Notes: a model not told the origin generated them from the letters alone. 64,000 nt of DNA from Promethearchaeota archaeon Loki_b32 (GCA_005223125.1 NJBH01000010.1:1-64000), one strand, 5' to 3'. Shown: positions 31,234 to 42,400, counted from the first letter of the stretch. Translations and numbers: made by a program.

Positions 31234-32070
31234 ATGATAAAGCCTTATTTTGACGAGAAAGATTTTACTTTGTATCATGGAGACATTTTAGAGGTACTTA
31301 ATCAATTTGAAGATAGAAAATTTGATTTAATTTTTGCTGATCCACCTTATTTCTTATCAAATGATGGAATTACGTGTAAATCAGGAAAGATGGTTTCGGT
31401 TAATAAAGGGAAATGGGATAAATCAAAAGGTTTCGATGAAGATATTAATTTTATTGATTCTTGGTTAAAAGCGTGTAAAAGAGTTTTAAATAAAAATGGT
31501 AGTATATGGGTTTCTGGAACTTTGCATATTATCTACAAAGTGGGTTATCTATTAGAGAAAAATGGTTATGATATAATTAATGATATCGTGATGTATAAAC
31601 CGAATGCTCCACCTAATTTATCATGTAAATACTTTACCCATAGCCATGAAATAATATTATGGGCTCGTAAATCTAAAAAATCACACCATACATTTAACTA
31701 TGAGAAAATGAAGTCTTGGAATAACCCTAAAGATAAATTGAAGAATAAAGATAAGCAAATGAGAAGTGTCTGGTCAATCCCTTTAATGCCTAAGGATGAG
31801 AAAGAATTTGGCAAACATCCAACACAAAAACCAATGGAATTATTAAATAGAATAATATCATCTTCTTCGAATAAGGATGATTGGGTATTAGATCCTTTTG
31901 TTGGTTCTGGTACAACCGGAATTGTATGCAGTATTTTAAATCGAAAATTTATTGGAATTGACTCGAATAAAGAATATTTAGACGTAGCTATTAAAAGATT
32001 TCAAGATAAAAAAAAAAGTGAGCTTCTATTTTCTTCTAAATCTAAGAATCATTTAATGAAATTTATTTAA
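31234..32070 (+). CDS. Beta-class amino (m6A/m4C) DNA methyltransferase, DpnA-like, no adjacent endonuclease
   Basis: DPPY before HPTQKP and DPFVGSGTT; DPPYFLSNDGITCKSGKMVSVNKGKWD resembles GATC-specific DpnA/M2.MboI enzymes. Confidence 0.9.
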   Translation: MIKPYFDEKDFTLYHGDILEVLNQFEDRKFDLIFADPPYFLSNDGITCKSGKMVSVNKGKWDKSKGFDEDINFIDSWLKACKRVLNKNGSIWVSGTLHIIYKVGYLLEKNGYDIINDIVMYKPNAPPNLSCKYFTHSHEIILWARKSKKSHHTFNYEKMKSWNNPKDKLKNKDKQMRSVWSIPLMPKDEKEFGKHPTQKPMELLNRIISSSSNKDDWVLDPFVGSGTTGIVCSILNRKFIGIDSNKEYLDVAIKRFQDKKKSELLFSSKSKNHLMKFI

Positions 32071-32171
32071 ATCTTTGAAATTCTTTTAAAAAAATATAGT
32101 AAAAACGTTTATTAGATAAGGCAATTATAATTTTAATTAAAATGAATGATTGATAAGATTTAGGGATATAA

Positions 32172-34550
32172 ATGCAATTAGAACAAAAAACCATCTCAAA
32201 CTATAAAGAACGCACGTTAAGAATGAAAGATAAGCTTATAAAGGCACCACATGAAATATGTGTGGAAAGAGCTAAATTATTTACAGATTTCTACAAAAAA
32301 TCTAAAGGGGAAAACCCAATTATTAGATTCGCAAAAGCTATGGATTATTATTTAACAAATATGGCAATTAAAATTTGGGATGATGAATTTATTGTCGGTA
32401 ATAGATGTACAAAATACGTGGGTACACCAATGTATCCTGAAGCCCGGATAGATACAATAGAGCAAGATATTGACAATTATGACTCTCGTCCTGTGCAAAA
32501 GCTTTTCCTAACAAATGAAGAAAAACAGTTTATAAAAGAAAAAATAATTCCTTATTGGAAAGACGAAGAAATTACTGTAGAAGAGCGCTTTCAATCGTAT
32601 TTAGATTCAGATTTAAGAGATATGAGGGAAAAAATAGTTTATACTGTAGATGTAGAAATATCTAGTGGAATTGGTCATTTTTTTCCTGGTCATGAAAATA
32701 TATTAAAAACCGGAATTGATGGCTTAATTCAAAAAGCAAGTGAGAATTTAGAAAAATTTTCCAATGACATTAATAAAAAGATATTTTTAGAATCTGTAAT
32801 CATTTTATTGAATGCAGGTAAGAAATTTATACAAAGGTTTTCACTTTTAGCGAAAGATATGGCTCAAGGTGAAATAAATCTTGAACGTCAAAAAGAACTT
32901 TATGAAATCTCTGAGATTTGTCACAATATCTCTGGAAATCCACCAAATAATTTTAAAGAAGCCTTACAATTAATTTATTTTACACATCTAATTTGTGGAT
33001 TAGAGGATGGTGGTTTTGCTATTTCTGTGGGTCGGTTGGATCAGTATTTATATCCATACTATTTAAAAGAAACAAATGAACTGACTATTACTAACAAGGA
33101 AATTCAGTTTCTTATTGAATGCTTTTTCATCAAACTTTCTACTTTATGGAACTATGTTATTTCAAAAGGAGTAATTACTTCCGAAGGACCTCCTATTGCT
33201 GAAAATGTGGTAATTGGGGGATTAGATCGGGAAGGAAAAGACGCAACAAATGAATTATCATCGATAATTTTAGATGCTTATACTCATATAAAAACTGTGC
33301 AACCCACTTTTTGTGTTAGGATTCATAAAGATACTACAGAAGAATTTCTTATAAAAGTTGGAGAATCTATAAAAAGTGGTTGTAGTATTGCCTTACTTAA
33401 TGATCATGTAATGATCCCCGGCCTTATTAATCTAGGATTTACTCTTGAAGATGCTCGAGAATATGCACCAATTGGATGTGTTGAACCTCAACATCCATGT
33501 AAATCATTTGGATCTACAAATTCAAATCAATTAAATGTAGTGAAATGTTTAGAATTAGCATTGAATAATGGAGTAGATATGTTAACTAGGAAAGAATATG
33601 GACTTAAGCCTGCTAAAGAGATTACTTCTTATGAAGATCTTTGGGATCAATTTAAGAATCACGTGAAATATTTCATTAAATACATGGTAAAGTCAATGTT
33701 TTTTCTTGATAAAGCAATTGCTGAACTTGCACCCCAACCATTTTTATCTGCAACTATAGATGATTGTATAGAGCGTGGACTAGATATAACTAAAGGTGGA
33801 GCAATCTACAATTTTACAGGACCTCAACTAATTGGTCTAGCTACAGTTGCAGACAGTCTTGCTGTAATTAAAAAAGTTGTTTTTGAAGATAAACTTCTTA
33901 GATTTGAAGAAATAGTTCAAATGCTTGCTAAAAATTTCAGAGGTACATATCAAGGAAAAAAAGGGACGGAATGGCAAGAAATTTTTATTAATAAAGTACC
34001 AAAATTCGGAAATGATGATGATTATGTTGATCAGATTGCTACTGATGTAGCAAGATTTTATTGTGAAGAAATTTCAAAGCATTCAAATTATCGAGGAGGG
34101 AAATTTAATCCTGGAATTTATTCCACAACTTTTCATTTAGCATTTGGTATTTTCACAGGGGCTTCGGCTGATGGTAGAAGAAAAACAGAACCTCTTTCAA
34201 ATGGTCTTGGTCCAACGAGTGGCATGGATAAAAATGGCCCCACAGCTATTCTTAATTCTATTAAAAAGCTTAAAAACGAATTGATGACTAACGGTAATTC
34301 ATTAATTTTAGCTTTTCATCCAAATACATTAAAATTAGAGGTTTTAATTCCACTAATTCGAACCTTTTTTGAACCTGAAGGCGGTTATCAAGTTCAATTT
34401 AATATCGCGGGAAAAGAAACACTGTGTAATGCTCAAGTTAATCCTGATGATTATAAAGGGTTAGTTGTTAGAGTTGCTGGTTATTCTGTATATTTTACAG
34501 AATTATCGAAAATTGCTCAAGATGAAATCATTGCTCGAACAGAATATTAA
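32172..34550 (+). CDS. Glycyl radical enzyme (PFL2 / eliminase-like family)
   Basis: Single-Cys loop IGCVEP, Gly loop RVAGYS, SVGRLDQYLYPYY, ASADGR. Confidence 0.93.
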   Translation: MQLEQKTISNYKERTLRMKDKLIKAPHEICVERAKLFTDFYKKSKGENPIIRFAKAMDYYLTNMAIKIWDDEFIVGNRCTKYVGTPMYPEARIDTIEQDIDNYDSRPVQKLFLTNEEKQFIKEKIIPYWKDEEITVEERFQSYLDSDLRDMREKIVYTVDVEISSGIGHFFPGHENILKTGIDGLIQKASENLEKFSNDINKKIFLESVIILLNAGKKFIQRFSLLAKDMAQGEINLERQKELYEISEICHNISGNPPNNFKEALQLIYFTHLICGLEDGGFAISVGRLDQYLYPYYLKETNELTITNKEIQFLIECFFIKLSTLWNYVISKGVITSEGPPIAENVVIGGLDREGKDATNELSSIILDAYTHIKTVQPTFCVRIHKDTTEEFLIKVGESIKSGCSIALLNDHVMIPGLINLGFTLEDAREYAPIGCVEPQHPCKSFGSTNSNQLNVVKCLELALNNGVDMLTRKEYGLKPAKEITSYEDLWDQFKNHVKYFIKYMVKSMFFLDKAIAELAPQPFLSATIDDCIERGLDITKGGAIYNFTGPQLIGLATVADSLAVIKKVVFEDKLLRFEEIVQMLAKNFRGTYQGKKGTEWQEIFINKVPKFGNDDDYVDQIATDVARFYCEEISKHSNYRGGKFNPGIYSTTFHLAFGIFTGASADGRRKTEPLSNGLGPTSGMDKNGPTAILNSIKKLKNELMTNGNSLILAFHPNTLKLEVLIPLIRTFFEPEGGYQVQFNIAGKETLCNAQVNPDDYKGLVVRVAGYSVYFTELSKIAQDEIIARTEY

Positions 34551-34636
34551 TCTTTTTTTTTTAAATATCGTTGAAAAACAATAAAAAATTTTAGTTATTC
34601 TGATTTTAAAAATATAAATATAAAATAAATATAGTT

Positions 34637-34738
34637 GGGCCTGTAGATCAGTGGAAGATCGCTTGATTTTATTAAGCAGGACGCTTAATTCCAAGATTCG
34701 CATTCAAGAGGTCACGGGTTCAATTCCCGTCAGGTCCA
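34637..34738 (+). tRNA. tRNA-Ala(CGC) with 30-nt intron (34668-34697) at position 32/33
   Basis: Acceptor GGGCCTG/CAGGTCC with G3:U70, discriminator A, D stem GATC/GATC, T arm ACGGG-TTCAATT-CCCGT; intron removal gives CTTGA-TTCGCAT-TCAAG; no encoded CCA. Confidence 0.93.
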
Positions 34739-34770
34739 TTCTACTAATACACATCTGAAGAGGATTTTAA

Positions 34771-37371
34771 ATGGCACAAGAAACAACTTATCCAAAACGG
34801 TTTAATTTTAAAGTAGTTCAAGAGAAGTGGATGAAATATTGGGATAAACATAAAATATATGCATTTGATATAAGCAGAAAAGATGAAATTTTCACAATTG
34901 ATACACCACCTCCATTTGTTAGTGGAGTATTGCATATTGGACAGTATTTAAATTATGCTTGGATAGATTTTGTAGCAAGATATCGGCGATTGAGAGGAGA
35001 AAATGTATATTTTCCTCAAGGATGGGATTGTCATGGACTACCTGTTGAGTTGGCAGTAACAAAAAACTATGGTATATCTAAAGATGATCGAAAAATTTTC
35101 TTAGAAAAATGTAGAGAATGGGTAGAAAACAATATTAAAAATATGACAAGACAATTAGACGAGTTAGGATATTCTACAGATTGGGATTATACATATCGGA
35201 CAATGAATGATGATTATAAACGAAAAGTTCAACTATCACTTTTAGATTTTTATGAAAAAGGTATGCTTTATAGAGATAAATTCCCTACTCATTTCTGTGT
35301 TAATTGTGAAACTTCAGTAGCAAAAGCAGAAGTAGGATATCATGAAGAACAGGGAAAATTATGGTACTTAAAATTACCAATTGTAGGTAGAAAGGATGAA
35401 TTTGTTACTATAGCTACCACACGACCTGAATATATGGAAGCCTGTGTTGCTGTAATAGTTCATCCAAATGATGAACGTTATTATGATATTTCTGCTGCTG
35501 AAATAGAAATTCCTCTAACAAACCGTACTGTAAGAGTTTATATGGATAATACAATTGATATGAATTTTGGTACCGGTGTTGTTTATGTTTGTACTTATGG
35601 AGATGAAATGGATATTAAGTGGAAACTTGAATATGATCTAGATGAGATTCAAATTTTTACTGAAGATGGTCATATGAATGAAAATTCCAAATATCAAGGT
35701 TTAACTATTATGGAAGCACGAGAACAAATAGTTAAAGATCTTGATGATTTAGGTTTAATAGCAAAAATTGAAGATTATGAACATAATTTGATAATACACT
35801 CAGAACGTTCATCTTGTAGAAAGCCAATAGAGTATTTACCAGTTTATCAGTGGTTTATTAATGTTAAAGATTTCACAGAAGATATTATAGAATCTGGAGA
35901 ATCAATGAAATGGTATCCTGAAAAACAAAAACAAAGATTAATAGATTGGGCAAAAGGTTTAGATTGGAATTGGGTGATTTCACGTCAGCGTTTTTTTGGT
36001 ACTCCCATCCCATTTTGGTATTGTAAAGATTGTAGCGAAATAATCCCACCAAATAGGGAAGATTTACCATTAGATCCCACGAAGTTTTCATCTCCATTAA
36101 AAGAATGTCCAAAATGTAAAAGTAAAAATATTATTGGTGAAAAAGATGTATGTGATTGTTGGATTGACTCTAGTATAACTCCTTTAGAAATATCAAGATG
36201 GACAGAGGATGACGAATTTTTTAAAAGGACATATTTGAACGCTAAAGTACATCGCCCACAAGGTTATGAAATTATTCGTACATGGTTGTTTTATACCTTA
36301 TTTCGATGTAAAATTTTAACTGGAAAACCTCCTTTTTACGAAGCAATGATTAATGGAATGGTGGCGGGTCCAGATGGAAGGCATATGTCAAAAAGTCTTG
36401 GTAACTATATTGCACCAGAGGAGGTAATGCCTGAATTTGGTACAGATGCAATAAGATATTGGACAGCAATGGGTTCTTTAGGAGATGATTATCCATTTGA
36501 TTTTACTTGGATAAATTTACAAACCAAACAACCGTTGTCAAACGAATTTATTTTAAAAGAAAGAGAAGAACTTCCAGAAAATAAATTTAACAAAAAATAT
36601 CGTAGGAGGTTCGAACAATTAATTGGTGCATCGAGATTTTTAACTAAGATTTGGAATGCGTATAGATTTTTATATTTAAATCTAAATAGAATAAAATTAG
36701 ATAATATTGATATTAATTCAAAGGAATTATCTGCAATTGATAGTTATTTCTTTTCAGAATTTAATAAAAATCTAAAGTTAATTTCTAATTACTTTGATGG
36801 ATATAATTGGCATGGATCAACAATGAATTTACGTACTTTCTTTTGGAGTGAAATCTGCGATAATTATGTAGAAGCAATAAAACACAAATTCTATGCTGAG
36901 GACCAAAAATTAAGAGAAAGTTCCTTAAGAAATGCTTTAAACCTTTTTTACAAATTATTAACCATATTATCTGTCATAATGCCTTATATTTCAGAAGAAA
37001 TATATTCTATTCTATTTAGGCAATTCAAAGATTTAGAGTCTATACATTTAGAAAATTGGCCAATACCTTACGAGACTATATCAGAAGAATTAACCGAGCA
37101 GGGTAAATTATGTATTGAAATCATTAAAGGTCTAAGGATGTTAAAATCAAAACTTCAAATACCTTTGAATCAAGCTGTTGAGAAAGTTATTTTAGTATCA
37201 GAATCAAAGCAACTAAAAAATATTGAGATTATAAAAGAGGATATACAAAAAACTATTAGATTAGATAATCTTGAGATAATTGAGAAATCCCTCGAGAAAT
37301 CTATTAAAGAAAAACCCGATTCAAAGGAAAATTTTGAAGATTTGAATATTGTTGCTTATTTTTTTAAATAA
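34771..37371 (+). CDS. valS: Valine--tRNA ligase
   Basis: IDTPPP, HIGQ (HIGH variant), GWDCHGLP, ATTRPE editing domain, WVISRQR, HMSKS. Confidence 0.95.
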   Translation: MAQETTYPKRFNFKVVQEKWMKYWDKHKIYAFDISRKDEIFTIDTPPPFVSGVLHIGQYLNYAWIDFVARYRRLRGENVYFPQGWDCHGLPVELAVTKNYGISKDDRKIFLEKCREWVENNIKNMTRQLDELGYSTDWDYTYRTMNDDYKRKVQLSLLDFYEKGMLYRDKFPTHFCVNCETSVAKAEVGYHEEQGKLWYLKLPIVGRKDEFVTIATTRPEYMEACVAVIVHPNDERYYDISAAEIEIPLTNRTVRVYMDNTIDMNFGTGVVYVCTYGDEMDIKWKLEYDLDEIQIFTEDGHMNENSKYQGLTIMEAREQIVKDLDDLGLIAKIEDYEHNLIIHSERSSCRKPIEYLPVYQWFINVKDFTEDIIESGESMKWYPEKQKQRLIDWAKGLDWNWVISRQRFFGTPIPFWYCKDCSEIIPPNREDLPLDPTKFSSPLKECPKCKSKNIIGEKDVCDCWIDSSITPLEISRWTEDDEFFKRTYLNAKVHRPQGYEIIRTWLFYTLFRCKILTGKPPFYEAMINGMVAGPDGRHMSKSLGNYIAPEEVMPEFGTDAIRYWTAMGSLGDDYPFDFTWINLQTKQPLSNEFILKEREELPENKFNKKYRRRFEQLIGASRFLTKIWNAYRFLYLNLNRIKLDNIDINSKELSAIDSYFFSEFNKNLKLISNYFDGYNWHGSTMNLRTFFWSEICDNYVEAIKHKFYAEDQKLRESSLRNALNLFYKLLTILSVIMPYISEEIYSILFRQFKDLESIHLENWPIPYETISEELTEQGKLCIEIIKGLRMLKSKLQIPLNQAVEKVILVSESKQLKNIEIIKEDIQKTIRLDNLEIIEKSLEKSIKEKPDSKENFEDLNIVAYFFK

Positions 37372-37392
37372 TAAAGGATTTTATAATTATAA

Positions 37393-38415
37393 TTATTCTT
37401 CTACTTCTTTATTTTCGTCCATGTGTTCACTAAGATCCTCTTCTTCAATTTCACTTATTGGTACGCTATGACTATCCTCTTCAATTTCAACAGGAGGCTC
37501 ACCTTGTCCTTCTTCTTCTAAACCTAATTGAGTAATCATAACACTTTTCAATTGTCTTATGTCTTTGGGCAACCCAAACATATCTGCATACTTATCTGTG
37601 GTAGTTAATTCGTGAGACCTTCCCTTTTTTAAGGCATTTATAAATCCGTAATCTATTAGATATTTCACATGTTCATAAGCTCCACTACCTCTTAATTTAA
37701 TAACCATAGATTTTAAGATCGGTTGTTTTAAAGCAATTATGGTTAAAGTTCTTAGGTATCTTTCAGCAATTGCACCTCCTTTTGCAAATTTTGAAACTTT
37801 TTCTGTGTATTCTGGTCTAATCTGCATTTGATATCGATCTCCAATTTGGGCGATGATTAGAGCTGTAGTGCGCTCTAAATAATCGAAAGCTAATTCATTT
37901 ACTAAATTTTCTACTTCTTTTTTAGGAAATTCTAATCTAGTTGACAATTCTTCTATTGTTAAAGGTCCTCCCGCAGCATAGAGAGCCGCTTCAATTAAAT
38001 TTCGATGAAATGCCCTAACTTCAAGTTTTAATGATTTTTCGTCAATATCTATACTTTCTGATGTGGTTTCAACCATATTTGGTCTGTCTTCGACATTTTG
38101 CTCTTCCAACAATTCTTCGATTAATAGACTTTCAGGTTCTTGACCTAATTCTTCAAGAATTTCAAGACTTTCTTTTTCTTCGGAATCTTCTTCTTGTTCT
38201 CCTATGATTTCACCTTTGTCTTTCTTTGTTAAATCATTTGAATCTATTTTTTCAACTTCTTTAATAGGTTCTTCTTCAGTAAAATGTTCTACCTCTTCTT
38301 CATCAATTCTTTCTATCTCTTCTTCCTCAGGGAGATCTTCAGAGATATCTTCAATTTCCTCTTCAATTTCTTCATCCGTATTTTCTTCCATATTTTCACC
38401 AAAAACGTTAAACAT
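37393..38415 (-). CDS. scpB: ScpB (KITE) subunit with long acidic extensions
   Basis: LIEAALYAAGGPL, TLTIIALKQPI, LRG, TTDKYADMFGL; start may be ATG at about 38391. Confidence 0.92.
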   Translation of the reverse strand: MFNVFGENMEENTDEEIEEEIEDISEDLPEEEEIERIDEEEVEHFTEEEPIKEVEKIDSNDLTKKDKGEIIGEQEEDSEEKESLEILEELGQEPESLLIEELLEEQNVEDRPNMVETTSESIDIDEKSLKLEVRAFHRNLIEAALYAAGGPLTIEELSTRLEFPKKEVENLVNELAFDYLERTTALIIAQIGDRYQMQIRPEYTEKVSKFAKGGAIAERYLRTLTIIALKQPILKSMVIKLRGSGAYEHVKYLIDYGFINALKKGRSHELTTTDKYADMFGLPKDIRQLKSVMITQLGLEEEGQGEPPVEIEEDSHSVPISEIEEEDLSEHMDENKEVEE

Positions 38416-38432
38416 TCTTTAAGATTTGATTT

Positions 38433-39440
38433 TTATTTAATATCAATTGAAATATTTTGAAAATCTTCATCTTGACTTAAAATCAATTTATTTCCTGTAG
38501 AAAGGAACATCAGCGCTAAAAACATCCTTACTAAAGAAAATTTCCGCCCTAACCTGCTTTTTTCTTCATCTTTAATAATATTTGCTAAATCAAAAAAATT
38601 AGATTCATTATTGTTTAACTTAATTGTAGCTTTTATTCGATTATACCAAGATTCATGCAATTCTTCAACTGTTTGTTCCCTTCCACTAATATGTTTCAAA
38701 AGTTCTTTAGGCAATTGAGCTTTAGACTTCATTTGGATCTTTTGTTGTTTTAGATCATCTCTTCTTATCTTCCTTCTTCTTAACTTTTCTTTATTCTGCA
38801 TAACTTCTATAATAGCGGATCTCATTGCATCAAATAGTTCTTCTTTTGTGGCAATTTGCATTTTAGGTGAGATTGGCTGAGGTAATGCCTTTGGAATTGT
38901 TCTAGAATGTTTTCGTCTGAACCTTTCTAATTCCTCTCTTTTCTGAATTTGTTCTTCTTCTTTTATAATACTAGAGATTTTATAATGATGCAAAGTTGCG
39001 GAAGTTTTAAGCGCAATTCCAGATATTTTATAATTAATCAAGTCTTCGTGAAGCATATTATCAAAAAAAGTATCAACTAATTTTGCTAAATCATAAAAAG
39101 CAATTTCTGATTCTTTAGCTAATTCAGAATCTAGTAGACTTGAAAATGGGGGTTTCTGCCAAAATTTTAAAGCAACTTTTTCTTTTCTTAATAAAGCAAG
39201 ATCTTCCTCATCATCAAAACCAGCAACAAGTTCTTCTTCTAATTTCTCTGGTTCCTGAGATCGATCGATAAAGTCAGGATGAGATACTACATTTTGAAGT
39301 AACTCCACAATATCTTTTTTCTTAGCCTTTGAAGGAATTTTTATATTATTGTTCGAAGCAAATTCCCTTAAATCTTTAACAGTCCATTCATTAAATTTAT
39401 ATTCTTTGTTAGAATTTTGTTCATTATTCGAAATTCTCAC
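38433..39440 (-). CDS. scpA: ScpA kleisin with N-terminal Rho-N/SAP-like helical module
   Basis: Lies between smc and scpB; kleisin N-domain (YDLAKLVD...KISGIALKTSATL) and C-terminal winged helix (MFLALMFL...LSQDEDFQNISI). Confidence 0.82.
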   Translation of the reverse strand: MRISNNEQNSNKEYKFNEWTVKDLREFASNNNIKIPSKAKKKDIVELLQNVVSHPDFIDRSQEPEKLEEELVAGFDDEEDLALLRKEKVALKFWQKPPFSSLLDSELAKESEIAFYDLAKLVDTFFDNMLHEDLINYKISGIALKTSATLHHYKISSIIKEEEQIQKREELERFRRKHSRTIPKALPQPISPKMQIATKEELFDAMRSAIIEVMQNKEKLRRRKIRRDDLKQQKIQMKSKAQLPKELLKHISGREQTVEELHESWYNRIKATIKLNNNESNFFDLANIIKDEEKSRLGRKFSLVRMFLALMFLSTGNKLILSQDEDFQNISIDIK

Positions 39441-39462
39441 TCACCTTTTAGTATTATAATTA

Positions 39463-42400
39463 CTACTCTGTAATAATTGGCTCGATATCTTCAAGTTCAA
39501 GAAGTCTTTTAGCTTCTTCTTCCAAGTCAACACTAAATATATCAGTTATTCCACTTTGTTGCATTGACACACCGTATATCCTATCCGAATTTACAATATT
39601 CTCCTCTCGATGACTTATAACTAAGAATTGTGCTTGCGTGGCAAATTCTTTCAGGAGCATGGAGACTCTGTGTACATTAGGACCATCGAGGGCCGCATCA
39701 ATCTCATCTAAAACGTAAAAGGGTGCTGGGTAAAATTCCTGAACGGCAAAAATAAACGAGAGCGCTACGAGTGTTTTTTCTCCTCCGCTTAGAATCTCTA
39801 AACTCGAGATTTTTTTCCCACGAGGTCTAGCTTCAATACTAATTCCCCCCTCGAAAGGCTTATCAGGACGATCTAAGATCATTTTTGCTGAACCCCCAGG
39901 ACTAAGCTTTTGAAAAATTCTACTAAATTCTCTGTTAATTTCATGATAAGCTTTCATGAAAGTTCGTGTTTTTTCAAGTTCAATTTTATCGATTGCATCA
40001 AGAATTGATTTTCTCTCTCGCTGAATGGTTTGTCGTCTCATATCAATCTCATCAAATCTTTCTTTTACTGCATCATACTGTTCAATTGCTTTTAGATTCA
40101 CTGGTTCAAGAGCTTTTTTCTTCTTTTTGGATTCCATGATATCGGATTGTAATTCTGCTTCTGAAAGATCATCTGTTACAGGAGGCAATGAACCAAATTC
40201 TTTGGAACGTTGAAACAGAGTTTCAATTTGGTCAGTACACATTATTTTTTTTGATTCAAAGTTGTTTACTTTGGAGTTTTCCATAGATAGATCTGATTTT
40301 AGATCTGTTATGGTTTTTTGATATTGTTTTTGTTTTTTCCATGATTCATCCTTTTCTTGGCTAAATTTATCAATTTCTTTTTGTTTTTCGTTTTTCTTCA
40401 TATCCTCGTTATTTAAATCTTCTTTGAAAACTTCTAACTCTTTTGTGATTGATTCTACTTGTTCTTCTGTATCTCTAATATCTTGTCCTAACTCAATTAT
40501 CTTTTGTTCTCTTTCTTTATTTTTATTCAGCTCATTTAGTTTTCCTTGAGATTTTTGCAAATCTTTATTCAATTTATTTAATTTTTTTTGTGCTGCTTTT
40601 TGTGATTCTAATTCTTCACTTTTTTCATTTCTTAGAGAATCTATTACCTGTTGCTTTTGATCCACATTCTTTTGAATTTCATCAACTTGAGAATTTAATC
40701 CTTCAATATCTTTTTGACAGTTTTCAATTTTATTATTTGCCTCAATGTTTTCTTTTTTTATATCTTCGATAGAGGTGATTATCCTCATTACATTTTCAAG
40801 TGCTCTTAAACGATCCATAGTATCTTCAAGCGTTTTATTTTCATCATCAATTTGTTTTCGTATGTTTTCCGTTTTATCCCAAAAATTCTCTTTTTGCAAA
40901 ATAAGCTCATCAATGTTTTTCTGTAATGAATCTTGTTCCGATCGAATAGTTTTAATGTGTTCCTCTGTGTTTATGATTAAATCTTTCTTTTCTCTGATAA
41001 GATTGTTTAACTTTTCTATATTATCGTCAATTTCAATAATATTATCAAATAAATTTTGAATTCCATGTAATTCTTGCAATTTCTCTCTCAGATTTTCTAA
41101 TTCTTTTTGCTTGATATCAATATCGTCTTGGATCTTAGATATTTTATCCCAATATGTATCCTTAACCTCTTTGAGTTTAATAATTTCATTATCCAAATTG
41201 TCAACTTCCAATTGTCTATTACTTATAGTTTTGTCTCTTTCAGCAATTTCTTCCTCTGCTTTTTTAATTCTTTCATTTAACTCGGTAGTTCTTTTATTAA
41301 TTTCCTCGAGTCTCTTATTATAAGCTGAAAGATTCTCAGAAAAATGCTTTTCTTGAATATTACTTTCAGATAGCTGTTTCTCAATTTTGTTATAATCCTC
41401 ACTTTGAGAATTAATATTTTCTGAGATTTCTTCCAATTGCTTATATAATTCTTGACTTTTAGACATTGTTAATTTTCTTAAAGAGAGATAGACGTTTTCA
41501 AGAATTTCCATTAGATCTTGAACAAAACTATCGAATGTAGAGGTTGAACTTTGTACTTCCACATCAGCTGATTCTTTTACTTTATCAATTAATTGAATAA
41601 TTGTGTCATCAGCATTATCTGTAAACAATCTTAAAGTTTGCATGATAGAACTGAGCATTTCTGTCATTTCAGTAGGTTTTTCTTCATCACCACCAATGGC
41701 CTCAACTGATTTCATAATATCAATTATATCGAGAATAAATTTTTTAAAATCTTCAGCTGACGACTCAATTGCTTCTGCATTTGATTGTTGTATATTACTT
41801 TTAATAGATTCAACTGAGATGTTAATATTTTGAGTAAGCATGTTCAAAATCTGTAGAATTCCTGTAATATCTTTTGTATTTTTCTCATATTCTTCTTCAG
41901 ATGATTCAATTTTTTTAGAAAGATTTTCTCTTTCTTGAGAAAGCTCTTCTAAACGTCTTTGAACATTCTCTTTTTTGTATTCAGATTTTTCTGCTTCACT
42001 CTTAATATTAGTAATGTTTTTATTTAAGGAATCAACTTGTAGTTCTAAATTGTTCTTCTCTCGATCTAATTTTGTTAATTCTTTTGATAGAATTCTTAAT
42101 TCTGTATTAATATTATCAGTTTTTGCCCTGTTATCGTTGATTTCAGATTCATAAGAATACCTCTTCATTTTTATCAATTCTAGGTCTTGCTCGTTTTTCC
42201 GATAAACTGAATTTTCTTGCTTAAATTTTGTCCTTAATTCGTTTAAATCTTTGTTATAATCCTCATTTTCCTTCAGTAATTCTTTTACCGCTTTCTCAGC
42301 ATCTTTACCTTTACTTAAATCCGCGATTTTATTCTCAATAGAAATTTTCTTTTGATTTAATTCCTGTATATTATCTTGATTCATTTTAATTTCTGTGTTT

